Shown: one piece after another, positions 6,166-15,699 of the stretch
Layout: every line of letters starts with the position of its first letter
How positions within the stretch are numbered: position 1 is the stretch's first letter
Origin: a virus
Taxonomy: Duplodnaviria; Caudoviricetes
Strand: one strand, 5' to 3'
Length of the DNA stretch: 26,379 bases
Virus record (IMG/VR): IMGVR_UViG_3300033145_001738
Span: 1-26,379 of that record
Program-made: the position numbers and the translations under genes
Notes under the pieces: generated by a model
What the model was told of the DNA's origin: nothing
Seen by the model: the letters and a program-made list of their open reading frames with translations, nothing else
Database searches by the model: none

Positions 6166-6992
6166 TATAACCACCTCTCTATATATTGTACTTTTACGAA
6201 TCCGCCCATCAGATTAGTTGTCACCAACTCTACTTCATTTGCCCCCGGCCTCAAGACCGGAAAACCTTCTGTTATGCCTCCTATAGCGTTCTCCTCCCCT
6301 TTCACAGCTTGCATTGTCTCACAGTTTACAACCAGATTTTCTCCTGGTGCCAGTGTTCCAACCCAACGAAGGGTTTGAGTTTGTTCTGATACTGATACAG
6401 TAATTGTCGGGTTTGTAATAATCACATCACTTTCAACTAACTCATCCGCATCAGGGTCATACGCGCCGGTTACTTCCACAGCCCGGTACTGTCCTGTTTC
6501 AAACGCTGTAATAGTTATTACCGGTAAGGCATCATACGTCCCTTCGTTATTTACCTGCATCGTATGCACAGTAGTTAACCATTCTTCTATTTCATATCCC
6601 CCTACTGAAAAGGCCAGGGGTGCACAACGGAATTGGAAAGTGAACCGCCCTAGAGCCATAGTTTGTTCTAGATCTATCTGGTTAGCTATTCTTCCAAGAT
6701 AGTACAGGTCTGGCTCATCATCAAATATGAGCTGTGCTTTGCCAGACGTGCTCAGCCAGGCTGCTATTTGTCTTAGGGTTTTTCTGAGCTCAGAAAGGCT
6801 TTTTTTTGCTAGACCGCATTCTAATTCTATGAATCGGTCAGCAAAGGCACCCGGGAAAAGGATGCTTCCATCCCGGCCCGGAATTTCTTCGTATTTATCA
6901 TTTCTGGCAGGAAACATTACCCGATTTTTAGAGTGCATGATTATACCGAATGTATCAGAGTGTTTGCCGTTATAACTAAATCCGTATGCCAT
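6165..6992 (-). CDS. Distal tail protein (Dit)
   Basis: GFSYNGKHS start, EIPGRDG, QLIFDDEPDLYY, FRCAPLAFS, FPVLRPGANE, ERWL end; ATG at 6992 after GGAGGT. Confidence 0.9.
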   Translation of the reverse strand: MAYGFSYNGKHSDTFGIIMHSKNRVMFPARNDKYEEIPGRDGSILFPGAFADRFIELECGLAKKSLSELRKTLRQIAAWLSTSGKAQLIFDDEPDLYYLGRIANQIDLEQTMALGRFTFQFRCAPLAFSVGGYEIEEWLTTVHTMQVNNEGTYDALPVITITAFETGQYRAVEVTGAYDPDADELVESDVIITNPTITVSVSEQTQTLRWVGTLAPGENLVVNCETMQAVKGEENAIGGITEGFPVLRPGANEVELVTTNLMGGFVKVQYIERWL

Positions 6993-6993
6993 T

Positions 6994-9162
6994 CTACCTC
7001 CTCCCTGCCGATCGCTGAGCATTTTGCACCAAGCTCAAAAGTTCTCTGCTGAATTGCCTGATATCGTTATCATTCCGGACGTTTATAGGTCCGGTAAATG
7101 TAAGATTGACTACTGCATCTGTCGGGGCTGCTTGGTCATCCCTGAGCGCGTTTTTCAGCGCCAAAGATATCAGTTTAGGTAATTTATCTAACGGTATAAC
7201 CACTTCATCCCCGGCTTCTCCAACACCAATCACAGATGGACTTCTGAAAATCCCACCTGCCTTATACCAATTCAGGTCGAAGTCAGGATATGGTATCCGT
7301 ATGCCACCTAGCGACTTATATCTTGTAGCTACCGATACGTGAGGAAGCTTAGGTTTAGGAATAGAAATCTTCATATTGGAAAAGGCGTTCTTTATGGTCC
7401 TTATTATACCCATTAGCTTCTGCTTCGCGGTCTCGATTGGGTTAACTATGGCATTCTTAACATTGTTCCAGACATTCCTTGCGGAGTACAGCAGGCTATC
7501 CCATGTCTTGCTTAGATTGGTTTTTAAATTATTCCATATTTCTAATGCTTTAGCCTTAATCTTATCCCAATTTTCGGCAAGCTTCCGGCCTAAAAGCACC
7601 GCCCAGCCCGCAGGTCCTACCGCTATAAGAATTAACTCAGCTCCCCACTTTTTGAAAAAGCCCTTAATGCCATCCCAAACATTCGTGAAGGTCTGTTGAA
7701 TCTTGTTTAGGGTATCTGTGAAGGAATCCTTAATCTTATTCCAGATTTCAATGGCTTTAGCCTTAATCTCATCCCAATTTCTATGCACCGCTACACCAAT
7801 AGCTATTAGCCCAGCTATAGCTGCTACCACTATCCCAATCGGCCCGGTTAGTGCCGCAAAAACAGTACCGAGTGCAGGCAAAGCACCAGCCAAAGTTCCT
7901 GCCACCCCAATTACGGCACTTATCCCACTTGCTATTGCTCCTATTACCACTAATAATGGACCTATAGCAGCGGCTAGGCCAGTCACGGCTAGTATCACCT
8001 TTTGCATTCCCGGGCTAAGATTGGCAAACCATTTGACCAACAAGCCGATTTTTTCTGCCATGCTTTTGAATGCAGGAATGATAACATCGTTTATTATCGG
8101 TCCCAACTCGTTTTTTAATATAGGGCCTAAATCCGCGCCTATGGAAAAAGCTATTGCGCTAACAGAAGCCTTGAGTTTATCCAATTGCTGCCTAAATTCA
8201 TTTGCCTTTTCGATTGAGTCTTCGTCGAGTATTATTCCCAGGTCTCTAGCTTCCTGCCTTACCGCTGCTATTCCGTCAGCACCCATACCCAAAATAGGTG
8301 CAAGATCCTTCCATGCACCACCGAAGAGCTGAGCCCCTACAGCATTGCGGTCTAATGGATCCTCCATGTCAGCCAATAAATTCATAAGTGTATCTATTTG
8401 TTCATCAGGGGACATTGTTTTAAGATCGCCAAAAGATATACCCAATTTGTTCAACTGCTCGGTGACTAACTTACTTTCCTGCTCTAATTGAGGGATCTTT
8501 CTGACTAAACCCTCTACTGCGTTTGTCATGACTTCAGATTCAACACCGGCCTGATTAGCTACGTACTGCCATTCCTGAATACTATCAGTACTGAGTCCGG
8601 TGATGTCACGCAGGTCAAGCAGTCGGTCAGCAGTCTGCCCGGCTTTTACCCCTAAAGCAAGAATAGCGCCACCTGCTGCCACTATTGGCGCAGTTACCTT
8701 CGTAGACAAGTTCTTGCCTATATCAGTCATCTTAGCGCCGGCGTTTTTGAGCCCGGCAGAGGCTTTATCAAGTTGTTCTTTCCAGGTCTTTGTCGTTTTC
8801 GTAACCTCAGCCAGCTGCTTCTCAAATTTCTGTAAATCCTGCTCTGTTTTGATTACTTCGCGTTGCAACGCCCGGTATTGCTCTTCCCCGATTTTCCCCT
8901 GCTTGAATTGTTCTTGTGCCTGTCGTTCGGCTTCTTTGAGGATATCTAATTTTTCTTTACTGGTTGATACAGCCTCAGCTAAGAGCTTTTGTTTTTGGGC
9001 TAGTAGTTCAGTGTTTTTCGGGTCCAGTTTGAGTAGACGCTCAACCTGTTTTAGTTCACTCTGTAAGCTTTTTGTTTTCTTGTTTACACCCTCCAGGGAC
9101 TTATTGAGAGGCTGAGTATTGCCGCCTATTTCTATAGTAATTCCTTTGATTTTCCCGGCCAT
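6994..9162 (-). CDS. Tape measure protein
   Basis: MAGKIKGITIEIGG start, long helical Ala/Gly-rich protein with periodic Trp/Phe, WYKAGG...GVGEAG C-terminus. Confidence 0.95.
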   Translation of the reverse strand: MAGKIKGITIEIGGNTQPLNKSLEGVNKKTKSLQSELKQVERLLKLDPKNTELLAQKQKLLAEAVSTSKEKLDILKEAERQAQEQFKQGKIGEEQYRALQREVIKTEQDLQKFEKQLAEVTKTTKTWKEQLDKASAGLKNAGAKMTDIGKNLSTKVTAPIVAAGGAILALGVKAGQTADRLLDLRDITGLSTDSIQEWQYVANQAGVESEVMTNAVEGLVRKIPQLEQESKLVTEQLNKLGISFGDLKTMSPDEQIDTLMNLLADMEDPLDRNAVGAQLFGGAWKDLAPILGMGADGIAAVRQEARDLGIILDEDSIEKANEFRQQLDKLKASVSAIAFSIGADLGPILKNELGPIINDVIIPAFKSMAEKIGLLVKWFANLSPGMQKVILAVTGLAAAIGPLLVVIGAIASGISAVIGVAGTLAGALPALGTVFAALTGPIGIVVAAIAGLIAIGVAVHRNWDEIKAKAIEIWNKIKDSFTDTLNKIQQTFTNVWDGIKGFFKKWGAELILIAVGPAGWAVLLGRKLAENWDKIKAKALEIWNNLKTNLSKTWDSLLYSARNVWNNVKNAIVNPIETAKQKLMGIIRTIKNAFSNMKISIPKPKLPHVSVATRYKSLGGIRIPYPDFDLNWYKAGGIFRSPSVIGVGEAGDEVVIPLDKLPKLISLALKNALRDDQAAPTDAVVNLTFTGPINVRNDNDIRQFSRELLSLVQNAQRSAGRR

Positions 9163-9174
9163 GCACTCACCCCC

Positions 9175-9395
9175 TTAAAACTGGTCAAAGTCGGCCTGCG
9201 TAGCCTGCCTTACGGCTTCTCCTCTTTCCTCATCAGTTAGATGCTCATTGCTGTAGGTGGTAATAAACCCTGTTATCATCCCGAATGTTAATTTTTCAAA
9301 ATCAGATAGACTTAAACCCTTTTCAATTGCTCGGAGCATTACCAGTTCAGTGGTAAGCTCGAAAGGGGTTTCATCGTTACTGTCTATTTTTTTTT
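9175..9395 (-). CDS. Tail assembly chaperone C-terminal (gpT-like) frame reached by -1 frameshift
   Basis: Open -1 frame IDSNDETPFELTTELVMLRAIEKGLS...RQATQADFDQF* starting at the A9 run (9387-9395); absent from the ORF track. Confidence 0.82.
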
Positions 9396-9728
9396 ACTCT
9401 GCACGGTGGAGCTTAGAGTGTTGAAGATCATATCCACCACTTCAGGCACAATCTCGACCAACAGAAATTCGCTGAATGTATCCAGCCATTCCAGTGGTGG
9501 GGGAATAGTCGGGTCAGCAGTCTTGGCCAAGGTCCAGACCAAGTTATAAATCACTTCCAGGTCTAAAGCACTAACATCGGCAATATTTCCCTTGTCATCA
9601 ATCGAACTCTGCAACCTAAATATATCCTGCAGGGCATCCCGCCCGAACTGGGCCTTATATCGCAGCAGAAAGGCGCCGGTGCTTTTAAATTTCACCTGGC
9701 GTCCATCAATGGTTAATACTTTTTCCAT
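9384..9728 (-). CDS. Tail assembly chaperone (gpG-like)
   Basis: Between major tail and tape measure genes; MEKVLTIDG...RYKAQFGRD; ends AAA AAA AAA TAG. Confidence 0.88.
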   Translation of the reverse strand: MEKVLTIDGRQVKFKSTGAFLLRYKAQFGRDALQDIFRLQSSIDDKGNIADVSALDLEVIYNLVWTLAKTADPTIPPPLEWLDTFSEFLLVEIVPEVVDMIFNTLSSTVQSKKK

Positions 9729-9738
9729 TATTTCACCT

Positions 9739-10563
9739 CTAATCTGTCACGGTTACAGTTACGGTCACAGCGTTACCTTTGTTAAATTCAACAGTAACGA
9801 TATAATCGCCGTTATCCAGAGAAGCAAACACGCTCTGGTCGATAGTAACATCTACACCGATTGCAGTGAGATTTACGCCAGCAATCGGCACACCGTCAAG
9901 CAACACGTTCTTGGCTTCATTGGTTTCATCAGTAGAAGTAACATCAATACTAATATCAGCAGGAGCAGCCTTGCTGAAAGTTTCCGAATCAGAAGCTACA
10001 GTGTTAATTGGAGCGTTCTTGAGATAAACAGCCGTAAAGAAAGTATCATATCCGGTATCACCTTGCTTAATTTTGACTTTCACATCCTTAGTATCAATCG
10101 CCGGCCGGACAGAAATATTCATTGCCTCTGTCTTAGGTTCTTTCGTGTTTGTCTTAGTCGAGCCGTCAACATTCGGCCTGGTAGGTAGTACGCTATAACA
10201 CACATAACGGGTTTTATTGGCATCACCGTCGAATTCAAACATTAAGGCGATTTTTTTCGGCTTTGCGTCAGCGTTTTCAATTAGAGCACCGTTAGCGTCA
10301 AGAGCATCGCCCAGCACATCCACCCGAAAGTCATCCGGGATTAATGCCATCTCCAGACTGCCGTCATAACCGTTATTGATATTTTCTTCGTAAAATAAAC
10401 TATCATCAGCATAAAACTTCACAGCTTCACCTGCTGCACTTAAAGCAAGGTTTACCGCCCCGGAAATAGGTTTTGGGGTTGCATAAGATACTACACCGCC
10501 CGATTCAGTTACAACAGCGTAATGAACATTTTTCAGCCCATATTTCACTTTATTGGCCATCAT
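9739..10563 (-). CDS. Major tail protein, phi13 family, with C-terminal Ig-like extension
   Basis: NKVKYGLKNVHYA, FYADD, NNGYDGSLE, LMFEFDGD; extra ~85-aa beta-rich tail (VTIDQSVFASLDNGDYIVTVEF). Confidence 0.93.
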   Translation of the reverse strand: MMANKVKYGLKNVHYAVVTESGGVVSYATPKPISGAVNLALSAAGEAVKFYADDSLFYEENINNGYDGSLEMALIPDDFRVDVLGDALDANGALIENADAKPKKIALMFEFDGDANKTRYVCYSVLPTRPNVDGSTKTNTKEPKTEAMNISVRPAIDTKDVKVKIKQGDTGYDTFFTAVYLKNAPINTVASDSETFSKAAPADISIDVTSTDETNEAKNVLLDGVPIAGVNLTAIGVDVTIDQSVFASLDNGDYIVTVEFNKGNAVTVTVTVTD

Positions 10564-10572
10564 CAATCCCCC

Positions 10573-10878
10573 TTAAATTTCATAGAGGACCTGGTACAGG
10601 CCCTCAGAATCAATATAGGTCTCGGTTTTTTTCCAGTAGATATCACTTTCATCAAAAAGACTTTCAATCAACACTTCTGATGCTGGGTCCTTTTTAGTAG
10701 TATAAAGCTCCACCTGAAAAATTTCTTTCGCATCATATACCTTGTTATCAGCTCCAAAATTATCTGAATAACTAAATAGATATACAATATATGGCGGGGT
10801 CGGTGGGGATATAAAGTGGTGATAAGCTACCGGCAAACCGGTAGTTTTTAATAAATTGTACAAAGCGTTTTCATCCAT
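10573..10878 (-). CDS. Tail terminator / tail completion protein
   Basis: GLPVAYHHF, NFGADNKVY, VELYT, YIDSEGLYQVLYEI; position before the major tail gene. Confidence 0.85.
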   Translation of the reverse strand: MDENALYNLLKTTGLPVAYHHFISPPTPPYIVYLFSYSDNFGADNKVYDAKEIFQVELYTTKKDPASEVLIESLFDESDIYWKKTETYIDSEGLYQVLYEI

Positions 10879-11254
10879 CCCTAATCGCCTCCTCTACTGC
10901 CCCGACAAAATCCCTAATCACTTGCTTCTCTGCCGGCCGGATGTGCGGCTTTCCTTCTACTCGGCCGCCGCCTACTTTCGCATGGCCATACTCCAAAAGA
11001 TGAGTCAACCTATAGTGTGGTTTTTTAACATGGATTATGCGTTTGTGTGGTTGGCCTACTTCAGGTTCAGTTTTAACCCGCCAGGACTTTGCATACTTGC
11101 CGTACCTTTTCGGGGAAGTTTGCTTGAGTTGCTTGACCACTGCCTTGCCGACCTTTTCACTAGACATATTGACTTTTTCGACTACATCATGTGAGTAGGT
11201 GGCTAACTCCCTTGCTATTTCATTCGCCAACTGGTCAATGCTTATATTAGCCAT
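10871..11254 (-). CDS. HK97 gp10-family neck protein
   Basis: SPKRYGKYAKSW, LTHLLEYGH, PHIRPAE; likely start MANISID at 11254 (track start 11272). Confidence 0.88.
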   Translation of the reverse strand: MANISIDQLANEIARELATYSHDVVEKVNMSSEKVGKAVVKQLKQTSPKRYGKYAKSWRVKTEPEVGQPHKRIIHVKKPHYRLTHLLEYGHAKVGGGRVEGKPHIRPAEKQVIRDFVGAVEEAIRDG

Positions 11255-11564
11255 CAGCAACTTCCCTTTCACAGACTAGCTCTACCATTTCGCTCTTTGA
11301 CGGATTAAAATAAGCTCGTATCAGTTTATATTTAACCTCATCAGCTTCAATTTTTGTCTGGCCGTTGTATTCATTTGCCCAAATCACAAAGGTTTTTTCG
11401 GGTTTTAATCCGGTCACGGCAGCGTTATAAAATTCGGATTGCCGGACCCCGGTTTCCTCAGCCCATACCTCTGTTACAGTCTCAACCGGGATCTGGTTAC
11501 CGATTTCATCTTCTGTGCAGGTAATTGATATCAGTTTAATTCTATTATTCTGCAATATAATCAC
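11247..11564 (-). CDS. Head closure / head-tail adaptor protein
   Basis: DEIGNQ, VRQSEFYNAA..GLKPE, Y..IRAY, ELVCE motifs; gene order. Confidence 0.88.
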   Translation of the reverse strand: MIILQNNRIKLISITCTEDEIGNQIPVETVTEVWAEETGVRQSEFYNAAVTGLKPEKTFVIWANEYNGQTKIEADEVKYKLIRAYFNPSKSEMVELVCEREVADG

Positions 11565-11814
11565 CCGCCAAAGAAAGGGCCTGCATTAGGCTGTTATATG
11601 CCTTGCAATACTGCTCGCCCTTTCCCATATAATCCTGCTGCCAGCGGCAGTAAAGTTTTACTGCCTTAATAATCAAGGGTTGGGACTGATCGCTTATATC
11701 AATTCCAACCCTCTGTAAATCCATCAAAGCAGCGTCTATATCGTCCTGCAAATCAGCATCAAGGGAAGTAGTGGTGATTCTAAGATTCTCTTTTACAGCT
11801 GCTAGCATTGCCAC
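11545..11814 (-). CDS. Head-tail connector (gp6-like)
   Basis: VKENLRI, IDAALMDL..VGI, AVKLYCR, L.LAGDY; gene order. Confidence 0.88.
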   Translation of the reverse strand: MAMLAAVKENLRITTTSLDADLQDDIDAALMDLQRVGIDISDQSQPLIIKAVKLYCRWQQDYMGKGEQYCKAYNSLMQALSLAGDYIAE

Positions 11815-11822
11815 TACCCTCC

Positions 11823-12593
11823 TTAGACCATAAGGTAAACATCTACCTGGCTGCCATCCAATGCACTGTTTAAATCAATAGTATTTTTTTCTATCTCATC
11901 TGCATCTGTGGCAACTGTAGGTGCTGTGGCTTCCCGGGTATTATCCAATGCAGCCAGTAATACGGTGTTATGAGGTAACATATAGGGCAGGCCTAATTTA
12001 TCCCCAAACCCTATAGAGGTAGTTGCACCATCCCCGTCATGCGCCGGTACAGAAATTTGAGTAACCGTTTTAAATGCCTTAGAACCTGTTACCGTACCTG
12101 AGGTATCTACAGTAAATGCAGGCAGGTCTTCGGTAATTACTTCATCGGCATAATTTGTACCTGTGATTGTGACTTGTATCGCCCCTATGTCACCGGCGGT
12201 TCCACCTGCAGTTGCGGTAATATTTCGGGGTACATAGGGGACGGTAGTCAATGCCCTGATTGCAGTCTGAATTAGCGCGGCTGTATTTTTTGAAGCCGTG
12301 GTATCTGCAAGGGCTATTGTAATCACACCCGTTTCATCATCACCAGTTACTGCTAAAGTATCATCCTCGGCAGTCGTAAGTAGTATACTTAAATCGTTTG
12401 CTCTGGCCCCTACTGCTGCAGTCCCGGAAACTGTTAGTACGTCAGTTTCAGCACTAGCTGCAGTTAAAACACAAGTGGCAGCTGCTGTAGCGGCTACCCG
12501 AAAATGAGCTAAAAAAGCACGGTCAATATCCGCGCCTTTTATGTCTGTCATAATTTTTTGCCCAAACCTATGATTATAGCCCGGTAAATTCAT
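11823..12593 (-). CDS. Putative capsid decoration/accessory structural protein
   Basis: 256 aa Thr/Ala-rich beta protein directly after the capsid gene; RBS GGAGGT. Confidence 0.6.
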   Translation of the reverse strand: MNLPGYNHRFGQKIMTDIKGADIDRAFLAHFRVAATAAATCVLTAASAETDVLTVSGTAAVGARANDLSILLTTAEDDTLAVTGDDETGVITIALADTTASKNTAALIQTAIRALTTVPYVPRNITATAGGTAGDIGAIQVTITGTNYADEVITEDLPAFTVDTSGTVTGSKAFKTVTQISVPAHDGDGATTSIGFGDKLGLPYMLPHNTVLLAALDNTREATAPTVATDADEIEKNTIDLNSALDGSQVDVYLMV

Positions 12594-12607
12594 TAATTAG
12601 TACCTCC

Positions 12608-13834
12608 TTAACTAGATTTCTTGACCAGAGTAACAAGAGAATTCTTGTCTACTACCTTACCATCTACCAGCATGATGGCCTTTGTAACCTGGTCGTCAGT
12701 GTCGTTGTCTTCGTATTTCTTGATTGTCATTTGCAGGTTGGTATTCAGGATATAATCCTTCGGGTTGAACAAGAACGCAAACGTTATATCAGTAGCCGGG
12801 GACTGTGCGTAGTTATCCATGTAGTCATTGAGAATTACAGTCCGGCCTAAGAGGGTTCTTTCCGGTTTTCCGTTTATTCCATATGTTACGCGGGCAATAG
12901 GTTGTCCTTCAGCATCAATCATACCGATAAAACAGTTCATGAAGGTGTATTTAGTCATAAACCAAATTGCGTCGTTTTCATACGCTAGCGGTAGAGCAGC
13001 CTCGGCAGCTACCAGTTTATCATAAGTAACTCTACCGGCTTTGGTAATTTCAATTTTCTGCCCGGTTTCCGGAGTTTCAGTCAAAATACCGGTCGGTTGG
13101 TAACCACCGCTGCCGGTCCCGTTAATAATAGCCTGCTCAAGAGCCTTAGTCATCGCTTCGACGATGTTATTAATCAGCGTAGTCTCAAATATAGCCAAGG
13201 TTACGATATCAACTTCCAGAGAAATCGACACAGCGCAGCGCAGTTTATAATAGTTAAAGGTTACAGAGCCGGTAATTTTCTTCTGCTTGTCGGAGCCCAA
13301 ACCTTCAGCCACCCAAGTAGCAGTCGGCTTAACCGTAGATGTAGGAATTGCCAGGCCGCCCTTGTAGCTGGTACGGGTTACCAAAGGTAGTATCATACCG
13401 GAGGCTTCCATCTTCTCAACGATTTTTTCCATGACGGGTGCGGGAATTACAGTCCCTACATCAGTTGTTGCAGTGTTTTGATCTTCATTCAAGAATTTAA
13501 CCGGAATAGGTTCACCTTTCAGGACATTACGCATGAAGGCAGTACGGTATTCCATGGAATCATACATATTATCCTTGTTTACAACTTCAGTATTCATATT
13601 TTCCATCACTCTTCCTTCCACTTGAACAGTCTTATTTTCCAACGGAGTAACGGCAGTTCTGTCATTAAGAGCTGCCAGATTGGCCTGAGCTTTACAGGCG
13701 GCCTCGAACTGAGCATCCAAAGCTTCAATCTCTTGGGTCTTAGCTTCAAACTCATCCAGCTTGCCAGCATCTATCAGAGCCTGAGCCTCATCCATCAGCT
13801 TTTTACGATCCGCTAAATATTTTTCCTTATTCAT
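12608..13834 (-). CDS. Major capsid protein (HK97 fold, N-terminal delta domain)
   Basis: Coiled-coil N-terminus, EYRTAF, VIP, ATWVAEG, IINGTG...PTGIL, LLGRTV. Confidence 0.95.
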   Translation of the reverse strand: MNKEKYLADRKKLMDEAQALIDAGKLDEFEAKTQEIEALDAQFEAACKAQANLAALNDRTAVTPLENKTVQVEGRVMENMNTEVVNKDNMYDSMEYRTAFMRNVLKGEPIPVKFLNEDQNTATTDVGTVIPAPVMEKIVEKMEASGMILPLVTRTSYKGGLAIPTSTVKPTATWVAEGLGSDKQKKITGSVTFNYYKLRCAVSISLEVDIVTLAIFETTLINNIVEAMTKALEQAIINGTGSGGYQPTGILTETPETGQKIEITKAGRVTYDKLVAAEAALPLAYENDAIWFMTKYTFMNCFIGMIDAEGQPIARVTYGINGKPERTLLGRTVILNDYMDNYAQSPATDITFAFLFNPKDYILNTNLQMTIKKYEDNDTDDQVTKAIMLVDGKVVDKNSLVTLVKKSS

Positions 13835-14514
13835 CTTGTACCTCCTAATTTTAATAAATTTAGTTTTGCCTGAGCCTTTTCAGGCGTTAAAATACCCGCC
13901 TCATTTTCAAGCGGGTTCTTTACGATGTTTCTGACTTTATCTATCACTGATTGTGATATCAAGGGCGTTTGATATGCTGCCACTAGTTTTAAATTCTGGT
14001 TTTCAGCTATCTTGTCAATCAACCCCTTGTCTACTGCCTGCTGAGCGGTCAGCCAGGTTTCCTGGTCCATCATGGCCAAGGCATCCTTTTCGCTCATACC
14101 GGTTTTCGCCATGTAGGCCGCAGCGATTGATTTATTGGCCGTCTGTAGCACATCACTGCTTTTATCCATGACGTGATAATCTCCCCAAGCCATCCCAGAT
14201 ACATTATGAACCATGAACATAGCCGTAGGAGTTATATCGCTTTTTCCAGCACAAGCAATCACACTGGCCGCTGATGCAGCAAATCCCACAACGTGAATAT
14301 TGACCTCACCTTTATAACTTCTTAGAGCAGAATAAATTTCAGATCCTGCAAAAATGTCTCCTCCTCCAGAGTTTATATACACTTCCAGGGGCTCCCCATT
14401 TGCTTGGTCAATCAACTTATTTACATCATTAGGACAAACTGCTTCAAACTCAAATAATTCATATATCCACTTGTCATCATTGGGTACAATTACACCTTTA
14501 ATGTCGATCCTCAC
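13831..14514 (-). CDS. ClpP-like prohead protease
   Basis: INSGGGDIFAG, AASAAS (catalytic Ser), MVHN (His), ETWLTAQQAVDKGLID. Confidence 0.95.
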   Translation of the reverse strand: MRIDIKGVIVPNDDKWIYELFEFEAVCPNDVNKLIDQANGEPLEVYINSGGGDIFAGSEIYSALRSYKGEVNIHVVGFAASAASVIACAGKSDITPTAMFMVHNVSGMAWGDYHVMDKSSDVLQTANKSIAAAYMAKTGMSEKDALAMMDQETWLTAQQAVDKGLIDKIAENQNLKLVAAYQTPLISQSVIDKVRNIVKNPLENEAGILTPEKAQAKLNLLKLGGTR

Positions 14515-15695
14515 CCTTTATCACCCCCTCTAACAACTTCAGTATCAAGCCGTCTAATCGGTTCGTCTCCGCCAGACACCGGTGCTAAGTTAAACACTTC
14601 GCGCCATTCGTTAGGAGTAAGCGCCCCCCGGTCAACCATCTGAGCCAAGTTCATTTTTGTCTGCATGCTGGCCGTTGCCAGATTAGCCGCCTCAAACAAT
14701 ATCCGGTTCCCAAATCCTCTCTCCCGCCTGGTAAACAATTTGCGGGTATACTCATTAGTCAGTTCAATTACTATTGGTTCAATCTCAGCTTCATAATACG
14801 CATTCCACTCATTCTCATCGTATTCACTCATTACTATTTTCTGGTTGGTGTTGAACAGTGAATAGATCCGTCTGGTAGTACGATCCATTTGAGCTGCATT
14901 CGGAACATAATCTTTCGGCTCAATTTGTTTAGCTTCAGCTTTAGCGTCTGTAGCTGCTACACCAGTGCCGCTGTTTTCAATACTTAAGAAATTTGCAGCA
15001 AAATCAGCGGCCTGTTTCTTTAAGTCCTCAGGTCTCATTGACGTTGTAAACTTGAGCAACCAGCGAATTATGCTGCTATTTTTTATCGCCTTAACTATGC
15101 CCTGGTCGGTAGTGGTAACTATCTCCATCAACGGAGCCAAAGCCGGAGCTATTGGATCCCCAAAAATATCATTGTTGTTAAAATCCTGCCGCAGATGAAT
15201 TATGTCAGAATACGGAAATGTATAAATTTTGCCATTCTGAAACATGAACTTCAAGTAAAGCCTGTATTGTTTATTATAAACAGCCTCAGCTGACACTGCA
15301 GGAATTGGATAGATCTCTGTTGGATATCCGAATTCATCTCGAATGATCAGAGCAAAAGCGTTATTATTTAATATCAACTGAGTAGTCATTTTCTCCTGCA
15401 GTTTCTGCCCAGTCATATACGTATTTGGTTCCTCCAACAGGAAACGGATATATGGTTCCGGATTGATTTCTAATTTTCTGAGACCATCTTTTGAGACGGT
15501 CTGCCGGATATGCTTTGCTACCAACTTACCTATCGCTTTTACTTTCGGCCGCATAGCCGACCGAACCACATCGGATTGATATATTGTACCGTCCCAAGCA
15601 TAGAATCCGTTACCCCGCTCTGTCACTAAAAGAAATTTAGTCTGTGGTGTAGACTCTTTATTCCTAAACCGGTCAAATAATCCTATTAGAATCAC
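14511..15695 (-). CDS. Portal protein (HK97 family)
   Basis: LLEEPNTYMT, NNNAF, DIIHLR, LTPNEWRE; follows TerL. Confidence 0.95.
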   Translation of the reverse strand: MILIGLFDRFRNKESTPQTKFLLVTERGNGFYAWDGTIYQSDVVRSAMRPKVKAIGKLVAKHIRQTVSKDGLRKLEINPEPYIRFLLEEPNTYMTGQKLQEKMTTQLILNNNAFALIIRDEFGYPTEIYPIPAVSAEAVYNKQYRLYLKFMFQNGKIYTFPYSDIIHLRQDFNNNDIFGDPIAPALAPLMEIVTTTDQGIVKAIKNSSIIRWLLKFTTSMRPEDLKKQAADFAANFLSIENSGTGVAATDAKAEAKQIEPKDYVPNAAQMDRTTRRIYSLFNTNQKIVMSEYDENEWNAYYEAEIEPIVIELTNEYTRKLFTRRERGFGNRILFEAANLATASMQTKMNLAQMVDRGALTPNEWREVFNLAPVSGGDEPIRRLDTEVVRGGDKG

Positions 15696-15699
15696 CTCC

